Of a DNA stretch of 64,000 nucleotides, positions 40,617 through 48,099 are shown one piece after another (position 1 is the stretch's first letter; the number at the start of each line of letters is the position of its first letter). Location of the stretch: contig OY781964.1 of assembly GCA_963677485.1 (NCBI GenBank), positions 1,024,001 through 1,088,000 of the forward strand, in the 5' to 3' direction. Source of the DNA: Armatimonadota bacterium (lineage in GTDB: Bacteria > Armatimonadota > HRBIN16). The translations under genes were made by a program, and so were the position numbers. The notes under the pieces are model-generated. The model was given only the letters and a program-made list of their open reading frames with translations. It was not told the DNA's origin and did no database searches.

Positions 40617-41899
40617 GCTACCGCCTCTTGAAGTGAGATTCGGAAGGCCTCGATCGTCTTCTGTATGTCATCTGGGGTGTGCGCAGCGCTCACGAACCAG
40701 GATTCCAACGCCGATGGCGGTAGATACACTCCCCGATCAAGCATCCCGTTGAACAGTTTGGCGAATAGTTCGCGGTTGGTGCTCATCGCGCTGTCGGTGT
40801 CGGTGACCGGATTTGGGGTGAAGAAGCAACAAAGCATCGCACCGACCCGGTTGAGCTGCATCGGCACGTTGAGTTCCGCTGCGGCCGCCTTCAGCCCCAC
40901 CTCCAGCATCTGGCAGTTGGCTTCCAGTTGGATATAAAGCTCGGGGGTCAGCAGATTCAACGTGGCCAATCCCGCGGCCATGCCCAGCGGATTTCCTGAG
41001 AGTGTGCCAGCCTGGTAGACCGCGCCGAGTGGTGCTATGTTTTGCATCAAGTCGCGACGACCGCCGTAAGCAGCCACGGGCAGTCCCCCACCCACGATCT
41101 TACCAAGGCAGACGATGTCCGGGGTCACGCCGGTGAGCTCCGTAGCACCGCCTCGCGCCACGCGGAAGCAGTTCATCACTTCGTCAAAAATCAACAGGGC
41201 GCCATATTGTGTACACAGACGGCGCAAGCCCTCAAGGAAGCCAGATGCCGGTGGCACCACGCCCATGTTACCTGCGATGGGCTCCACGATGACTCCCGCA
41301 CTCTGTGCGCCGTGCTTCATGAAGAGCTGCTCCACCTCATACAGGTGGTTGTATCCGGCAAGCAGCGTATTCGCGGTCATCTCAGGCGGTATGCCCGCGC
41401 ATTCCGGCAGGCTGAAGGTGGCGACCCCGCTGCCGGCTTTCGCCAGAAGACTATCCACATGGCCGTGATAACAGCCCTCGAATTTTATGATGTAGGGACG
41501 GTTGGTGGCTCCACGGGCCAGACGCACCGCACTCATCGTGGCCTCCGTGCCGGAGCAGACAAAGCGCATCATTTCAATGTGGGGCATCATCTCTGTGATC
41601 TTCTGCGCCAGCAACAACTCGCCTTCATGAGGTGCGCCGAAGCTCATCGCCTTCTTCGCCATCTCCGTGACAGCCTCAACAACCGCGGGGTGACTATGGC
41701 CCAAAATCATCGGCCCCCAGCTCCCCACATAATCGATATAGCGGTTGCCGTCCACATCGGTGAGGGTGGCACCCGATGCGCTTTCGAACACCACTGGGTC
41801 ACCGCCCACGGCTCGGAACGCGCGCACGGGGCTGTTGACCCCTGCGGGCATGAGCTGCTGAGCGAGTTGGTTGATTACAGTTGATCGGCTGTGATCCAT
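40613..41899 (-). CDS. hemL: Glutamate-1-semialdehyde 2,1-aminomutase
   Basis: GVNSPVRAF, DYVGSWGP, SGTEATM, GKIVGGGLP, YQAGTLSGNP. Confidence 0.97.
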   Translation of the reverse strand: MDHSRSTVINQLAQQLMPAGVNSPVRAFRAVGGDPVVFESASGATLTDVDGNRYIDYVGSWGPMILGHSHPAVVEAVTEMAKKAMSFGAPHEGELLLAQKITEMMPHIEMMRFVCSGTEATMSAVRLARGATNRPYIIKFEGCYHGHVDSLLAKAGSGVATFSLPECAGIPPEMTANTLLAGYNHLYEVEQLFMKHGAQSAGVIVEPIAGNMGVVPPASGFLEGLRRLCTQYGALLIFDEVMNCFRVARGGATELTGVTPDIVCLGKIVGGGLPVAAYGGRRDLMQNIAPLGAVYQAGTLSGNPLGMAAGLATLNLLTPELYIQLEANCQMLEVGLKAAAAELNVPMQLNRVGAMLCCFFTPNPVTDTDSAMSTNRELFAKLFNGMLDRGVYLPPSALESWFVSAAHTPDDIQKTIEAFRISLQEAVA

Positions 41900-41992
41900 G
41901 TGGCCTCCAGCGGTTTGACGCTTGTGGTGATGTTTATACCTATCTGTATTCTACCGCTTTTGGCTGTGACGGCGTTTTAACGCTGGTCTGTA

Positions 41993-42290
41993 CTCACGCG
42001 AAGACGCGAATGGGAAGACTTCATCCACAGATGACGCAGATGGCACAGATTAGGCGGTTGGATGCGCGAGGATTCGGTATGGTAGCGATCCTAATTGGCT
42101 ATGTCCGGGGCGGTCTTTCAGTACGCTGGCGATGACAGAAGGCTATAGACCGCGCCGGTCTGGTTCGAAGGCGGGTGGCTATCGGCACGAAGGATTAAGG
42201 GATTCATTTCTGAACCACGAATGAACACGAAGGAACACGAATGGAGAGGATGCATCCACAGATTACGCAGATGGCACAGATTAGGCGGTT
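41993..42290. repeat. Mosaic repeat cluster next to the IS110 insertion
   Basis: TCACGCGAAGACGCGAA; ATCCACAGAT.ACGCAGATGGCACAGATTAGGCGGTT twice; family B (42093-42161); TCTGAACCACGAATGAACACGAAGGAACACGAAT. Confidence 0.88.
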
Positions 42291-42596
42291 AACGACACGG
42301 GTTTGTCTGCAGATATCCAGCGTAGATACTGTGGCTTTTGTCAAGTCCCCAGGGGCAAATCTGGGGATTTGGACCTGAATATCAGACACTGGCTCTAGAC
42401 CACGTAGAATAACGTTAATGTGATGTTTGTGGCATATAGACCAAACCTGGATCCGCGTCAGAAACAGGCTCAGATGGCATCAGTTGGTCCGTAGCACCTC
42501 ACATGACGCTCGGAGTCGCGAACGGACGTGCGACATCTTCGTGGCTTCGAAAGATATCGTTATGCTTCGATGCGTGCTATCGGCAGACTGCCGCAG

Positions 42597-43889
42597 CTAG
42601 GATACTGGTGTCAGAACCCTCGGTTTGTTGCCCACCCGACTGCGCGATGGCCGGTTTCGGGATGCGGGCCGACCACCGCCGGCAGGAGTGGGCTCATTGG
42701 TGGGATTTCCATCCACGCATCCCCGTCTTGGAACGCTCACGTCCAGCCCAGGATCATTGCCTACACCGGCTATATCATGGGCCGCTCCGGCACGATCCTG
42801 GACATGTCCGTTCGCGTCGGTCAGCGGTTGCTGGTTGGCCGCATTTGAAGCTTGTTCGATGCCGAAGTTTGGATCATATGGCTGACGGCTGATTAATACC
42901 GACCACATGAGCACCAGCTGCTTGCGCATGATTGCGCACCGGACAACTCGCTTGGACTTCGGTTTCTTATTGGGATTCTTTACCAAATTCGGATGCTGCA
43001 GTTCCTTCACGAAGTCGTGCATGCTCTGGCCAAGCTTTTTCGACTTACCGTTGACCATCTTCACCACAGTGCTCGATCCACAGTAGAGTAATGTCCGCAT
43101 ATATCGGTCACCCATCTTGGATATGGAGCCGTCGTATGTCTTGCAGCTTCCTGACCGTTGCGGGCAGGGGTTCATTCCGAAATAGCGCGCGACCGCTTTC
43201 GATGTTTCAAATCGTTTAGCATCACCGATTTTCGCAAGGAAATAGCTTGCTGTGACGTCGCCGATACCCGGAATGCTCTTCAGCAGAGCCATATCTTCGG
43301 TCATCTGCGGTGAACTCATCACAAGCTCTTTGATCTGAACATCAAGCTTTTTGATGCCCATGTCATGAAAAGCGATCATCTCGTCCAGCACTGTGCTCCG
43401 CGTAAGCCGACAGCTTTGGCGCTGGGCGATCGCCTGTCTGTGTTGCACCAGCATACGGCGGTCATTGGTGTAACCAATAAGCGCATCATAGCATGCTAGA
43501 CGAGGGACATAGAGTGAGACATTGTGACTTTTCACATAGTCAGCGATTAGCACGCTGTCAGAGCAGTCCGTCTTTTGTTCCCAGCCTTTGGCTTTGCGGT
43601 GATAGAGAACCCGTTTTGGCTCCAGTTGGACAGCATCGTGCTGGTGCTCGTAGAGGTAATCAAGCAGCGGTCGGCTGTAAGGCCCGGTGGCTTCAGCCGC
43701 ATACAAGGCGGGAGTTCGGGTAAGCTTCTTCACCCATGACAACAACTCCTTGTATCCGGCCTTGTTGTTCTTGAACTCCTTATGGTCTATCGGCTTGTGC
43801 GATGAACCTAATACAGACGCGTCAAACGTCAATTTCGAGATGTCGATCCCGACATAATGGATGTAGATTTTGTCTTCAACTTCGTGCAT
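42597..43889 (-). CDS. IS110-family DEDD transposase / bridge recombinase
   Basis: VGIDISK, EATGPY, KTDCSD (DEDD), SIPGIG, PQRSG (catalytic Ser), ISKMGD..MRTLLY, AIMRK; ATG 43889 after GGAG. Confidence 0.95.
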   Translation of the reverse strand: MHEVEDKIYIHYVGIDISKLTFDASVLGSSHKPIDHKEFKNNKAGYKELLSWVKKLTRTPALYAAEATGPYSRPLLDYLYEHQHDAVQLEPKRVLYHRKAKGWEQKTDCSDSVLIADYVKSHNVSLYVPRLACYDALIGYTNDRRMLVQHRQAIAQRQSCRLTRSTVLDEMIAFHDMGIKKLDVQIKELVMSSPQMTEDMALLKSIPGIGDVTASYFLAKIGDAKRFETSKAVARYFGMNPCPQRSGSCKTYDGSISKMGDRYMRTLLYCGSSTVVKMVNGKSKKLGQSMHDFVKELQHPNLVKNPNKKPKSKRVVRCAIMRKQLVLMWSVLISRQPYDPNFGIEQASNAANQQPLTDANGHVQDRAGAAHDIAGVGNDPGLDVSVPRRGCVDGNPTNEPTPAGGGRPASRNRPSRSRVGNKPRVLTPVS

Positions 43890-43924
43890 GTGGTAATCTC
43901 CAGTTGGTAGTGATTGATGGTGCA

Positions 43925-44120
43925 ATCAACCAAATCAGCCTAGCGAACACGGGGTTTTCTCCCAAGATACTGTTCGATATGGGTTGATTGGGAGAAGGAT
44001 GCCTATCTACGTCACGGTGTTTTCCACCAGGGGCGGTTCCGGCATCCAATCCTTCTCCTTCACCCCCAGCTAAGGGGTGAGATTAGCTCCCCGACTGCTT
44101 TTGGTGTCCGGGGAGCTCAC
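43925..44120 (-). ncRNA. Predicted IS110 bridge RNA
   Basis: 5' hairpins, then target loop ACCGCCCCT (44037-44029) / GACGTAG (44013-44007) and donor loop ACAGTATCT (43973-43965) / CTAG (43943-43940), which match the element's own target and ends. Transcript ends are approximate. Confidence 0.85.
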
Positions 44121-44276
44121 CATATATAGCGTACTAGGGGCGATTCGCGAATCGCCCTTCTAGCGTCGGTGGTGTGCTGTGTATCTACGAATAGACACGA
44201 ACGTCGGAACGTAAAAGGCATCTGCTGCCTCCGGTATTCGGACCTCAACACGTTCACGTGAATTGTAAATGCCATC

Positions 44277-46070
44277 CTACCTGCCCGCATCCTTCAACAA
44301 CCCGTATTTCGCGGCAGGAACCATGATCGAACGGTCATACAGTTTCATGGCTTCCCTATCGGCCGGTGATACCACCTCGGTGGGTGAGAACAACAGCGTG
44401 TCCCGTGACCACGCCGCGGCGTCTTTTGCGGTGAACAGAGGGTAGGCCACGAAGCTCAGCGTCAGCCAGAGCACTGCCATCGACACAGCCAGTCCGCGAG
44501 TCCATTCGAACAACCACTCCTTGCGGGCCAACGGTTTGGTTGCAAGAAGCAACACCACTGCGATTGCCAGAGCAAACAGAGCGGAGTAGCACGCCAGACC
44601 ACCCAATGCCAGCAACACCACCAACAGACCCACGAACACCATGAAGTGAGGTCGTTTGGTCAGCGCGCCCATCCTGCGAGACAGCCACCAGACAGGCAGT
44701 ATCAGGCAAAGAACGGTCGTAACCGCCAGTTGCACCACAAACGACATTTGCGCCACACCTGGGCCGTACTGCCGCGACATCAAGCTGGGCACGAGCAGCA
44801 GCAGACCATATACCGCCCATGGCATCAAAGCCAAAGCCGCCGCAATACTCAAATCCTTACGCGAATACTGCCATTCAGAGCCTGCCAGAAACGCACAGCA
44901 CAGCAGCAATACCACCAGTATACCGCCTACGAAGACACTGAGTGTGTTGGCCACTACCCGTTCGAATACCGCTTGCTCCGCTGTGCGTAAGGGTTCGATG
45001 TTTTTAAGGGTAATGTTCGCATTTCGGTCCAGGCAGATGGCACTCAACACGCTGCCGTGCTGTGAGATGATGTTGTCACTCTCAGAATTGTCATGTGGCT
45101 TGTTCATCTTCTTGACTTCTTGAACATAACCACTGTAACGCTGAGCTCTAGTTGCGTCACCAGCGATTTTAGCTACCTCTGCGGTGGCATTAGCCAGCAT
45201 TGATATACAGGCTTTGTATAACATCACATCGATCACAGCATATAGCTTACCCTGTTTGAACTTGAATATCGGCTGTTGCCAACGTCGTGACATCTGGTCG
45301 GCCTGCTTCACCTGACCATTCCGCGCCAGGTAGACCATCATGGCACCATAGTTTCTTGCGAACGTCCTTTGATAGGACAGCATTGGATGCAGACTTTCGG
45401 AACTCACCTCAATTCGGGCCAACTGGTGTTCCGTGAGATATGGCGGTTTGATGTTGCGCATACGGTGGCGTTCATATTCGGTGGTGTAGTCCGACAATAT
45501 CGGCGATGAGAGCGCCTTCTGCGCGTAAGCTAGTGCTTGGGGCAGTGCCGTCGGACGGGTAATGGTAATGCCCGACCAGGTTTTCGTCTTGATTTTATCG
45601 GTGTCCAAGCCTGCTTCACGGAACGCCTCGTTGGCCAGCATCATAGGGTAGAGCGCGTTGGCGGGATCATCTGCCATATATGTGGTCAGCAGCGCAATCC
45701 GCGGTTGGGGTTCCTTCGGCAGCCTATATAGAAATCGCGCGTGCGTCCAGTTCCGCAGCTCAATCGGTTTGTTTCGGGAATCGCGCAGCAGCTTATCAGG
45801 TGAGCGGTCAGCCTCCAGGGAGAAGGCTACATCACGCCAGTTCTGATCTGTCACTAACAGTCCGGAGAGAACTGGTGGGATTTTGACTCCGAAGCCAAAA
45901 CTCGAATCGTCGTCGTGAACGTAAAACTGTCTGTACCACTCCATCACGCCCATCAGCGGGACCCCACGATGGCCAAGCCATGCATTCGTGGCCAGCACCA
46001 GCACGGCGGCCAACAACGGCCACCAGCGGATTCGGCGGGATGGTTTTGATGCTACGATGGTGTCTGACAT
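44277..46070 (-). CDS. Hypothetical membrane protein (paralog 1)
   Basis: N-terminal TM, large helical domain, C-terminal TM bundle; shares motifs with the next gene. Confidence 0.75.
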   Translation of the reverse strand: MSDTIVASKPSRRIRWWPLLAAVLVLATNAWLGHRGVPLMGVMEWYRQFYVHDDDSSFGFGVKIPPVLSGLLVTDQNWRDVAFSLEADRSPDKLLRDSRNKPIELRNWTHARFLYRLPKEPQPRIALLTTYMADDPANALYPMMLANEAFREAGLDTDKIKTKTWSGITITRPTALPQALAYAQKALSSPILSDYTTEYERHRMRNIKPPYLTEHQLARIEVSSESLHPMLSYQRTFARNYGAMMVYLARNGQVKQADQMSRRWQQPIFKFKQGKLYAVIDVMLYKACISMLANATAEVAKIAGDATRAQRYSGYVQEVKKMNKPHDNSESDNIISQHGSVLSAICLDRNANITLKNIEPLRTAEQAVFERVVANTLSVFVGGILVVLLLCCAFLAGSEWQYSRKDLSIAAALALMPWAVYGLLLLVPSLMSRQYGPGVAQMSFVVQLAVTTVLCLILPVWWLSRRMGALTKRPHFMVFVGLLVVLLALGGLACYSALFALAIAVVLLLATKPLARKEWLFEWTRGLAVSMAVLWLTLSFVAYPLFTAKDAAAWSRDTLLFSPTEVVSPADREAMKLYDRSIMVPAAKYGLLKDAGR

Positions 46071-46078
46071 AGTTTCTC

Positions 46079-47782
46079 CTATTTTGCCGGCTTTGTAGCG
46101 ATCTCTCGAAGTAGTTCTACGATGGGACGATTGTTTATCCTCACACTGAGCTGTTCGGCTGGTGAAGGGGTGCCATCTCTGGAGATCACGAAGTTCTCAC
46201 GTGCCCAGGCGGATTGCTCTTTATGCACAAACATCGGGTAGATCAATCCTATCTGAATTATCCAGAGCAAGAACCAGGCGACGGGCACATCGGGCAGTGC
46301 GAACAACGCCTTCAGCGATACCTGCCGACGCTGTTTCAGCACGAACACCGGCAGCACGAAGCTAAAAAGTGCCGAAAGGCCTACGCCCCACACGATCTGA
46401 CCGCCCATTACCGCTACGCTCTGTGCTCGCGGCCAGAATGCGGCATATAATCCGTACAACACCCATGGAATCATCGCATAGCATAGCGACCACAAGGTTT
46501 CTTTCCAACTAAAGGCATATAATTCGGTCTTGCCGCCACCATTCGATAGCTTTGTGGCTATCAGCATGACGATCAACGCCAGGCCTAATACCACGCCAAG
46601 CAGCAGGCTGGTTTTGACAACCATGTAGCGTTCCAGAAAGCTCTGCTCTGCGCTGCGGATGGGCTCATATCGGGCGGCGGGTAACGGGTTGTAGGCATAC
46701 AGCATCGTCACCACATGGGCGGTATAACCGCCATATCTTAACGTGTGATCCACATTAAAGCCGTCCCTGTCCTTGAATACCTTGCGTATCTTCTTGGCGA
46801 GGTTGTTGTATTTCGCTGCGCCTTCGCGATCACCTAAAAGCGCGGCCGTCTCCGCATTCGCTCGCATCAGCACCGAAGTGCTGGATGTTAGGCCCGTGTT
46901 GCCGAGATATGATTGGGTGGTCTCCAGACGATGCAGCAAGGTTTCTGGCCAGGCAGCCATCATCCGTTTGGCTTGTTCTCGTTGGCCTGTGCGTGCCAGA
47001 TATCGCATCGCATGAGCATATTGCCGGCAAAACCACTTATCGGTGGTGACGGGACCATATGTAAATGTCTGTAACTCCGATTGTGCCACCACTTCTTCAG
47101 ACAGAGTCACCGGCTCAATACCCTTTTGATAAGGCCACAGCACCTTGGAGCTGTAGGTGTTGATCTCCTTCAACCGCATCGCTTCAGCCGCATACCCCAA
47201 CGCTGTTTGGAACTGCACTGCACTTTTCAACGATGTGAGCTGCACTTTAGACGAATCAGGCACCCCGGCAGCGGTGAACGCCAGGTTGGCCAGGCAGATC
47301 GGGTAGATTGCATTCTGCGGATCCTGCTTCATGGCTCCCAACAGAAACTGCTGGCGTTTCTCCGGTTGGCGGCTATAGATGCGGTCAGTGACGGCTGCTG
47401 CGAAGTATTTACGCATCGGCTCGGGGTTCGAGTCGATCATCTTCTGGGTGACATGATACACATCTGGAACCCGATTTTGCGATATCTTCCGCCACCGCGG
47501 GTCGGTCTTTGCGAGTGCCTCCAGGGGAAACGAAGGCGTGCTACTCGGGGTGAGTCTATCTACGACATCCTGCACCTGACGCGATAGTCCATACTTGGAC
47601 CACTGAGGATATTGGCTCCTAATCCTGTGAATTTCTACAATGTCGTTGACCGTAGAATCCAGAGGCTGAGTCTTGCGGATCAACGCCGCTTCACCCGCCA
47701 TCAACAGCACCAGCAGCATGAGCAGCAGTGCCCATCTGCGGTCTGGGCGGGTGGTTTTCGGTGTTTTCTCGCTGTCCGTCAT
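46079..47782 (-). CDS. Hypothetical membrane protein (paralog 2)
   Basis: ATG 47782 after GAAGGAG; the longer ORF start is repeat-derived. Confidence 0.75.
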   Translation of the reverse strand: MTDSEKTPKTTRPDRRWALLLMLLVLLMAGEAALIRKTQPLDSTVNDIVEIHRIRSQYPQWSKYGLSRQVQDVVDRLTPSSTPSFPLEALAKTDPRWRKISQNRVPDVYHVTQKMIDSNPEPMRKYFAAAVTDRIYSRQPEKRQQFLLGAMKQDPQNAIYPICLANLAFTAAGVPDSSKVQLTSLKSAVQFQTALGYAAEAMRLKEINTYSSKVLWPYQKGIEPVTLSEEVVAQSELQTFTYGPVTTDKWFCRQYAHAMRYLARTGQREQAKRMMAAWPETLLHRLETTQSYLGNTGLTSSTSVLMRANAETAALLGDREGAAKYNNLAKKIRKVFKDRDGFNVDHTLRYGGYTAHVVTMLYAYNPLPAARYEPIRSAEQSFLERYMVVKTSLLLGVVLGLALIVMLIATKLSNGGGKTELYAFSWKETLWSLCYAMIPWVLYGLYAAFWPRAQSVAVMGGQIVWGVGLSALFSFVLPVFVLKQRRQVSLKALFALPDVPVAWFLLWIIQIGLIYPMFVHKEQSAWARENFVISRDGTPSPAEQLSVRINNRPIVELLREIATKPAK

Positions 47783-47874
47783 TTTCGCTCCTTCGTGGCT
47801 TGTGGCATGTTGTACCAAACCCTTGGCACGGCACAAGGTTGATTCGTGAATCGCACCGTACCTTACCGGAATAC

Positions 47875-47937
47875 CCTTCGCGTCTTCGCGTGAGACCGTT
47901 CCGAACAATAGAAGGGCGATTCGCGAATCGCCCCTAC
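47875..47937. repeat. 8-mer tandem repeat plus intact REP-like palindrome
   Basis: CCCTTCGCGTCTTCGCGTGAGAC; AGGGCGATTCGCGAATCGCCCCTAC. Confidence 0.85.
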
Positions 47938-48099
47938 CCACCAGATCGCGCTGTGTGTCTCGTTTTTCGATATATGCATTAGTATACAACCGTTGAGACG
48001 GCTTGAATTAGGCTGACATGGGTGGAACGCGGTATCATGTGAAAAACAACAACAGATTCAAAGCACATTACACTGGTGACCCAATGCAGGAGGCACCCG

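Larger units (their letters stand above)
42324..44137 (-). mobile_element. Complete IS110-family (IS621-like) insertion sequence
   Basis: CT cores at 42324-42325 and 44136-44137 (AG on +). Removing the element restores GTAGGGGCGATTCGCGAATCGCCCTTCTA, identical to the intact copy at 47909-47937. Confidence 0.92.
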
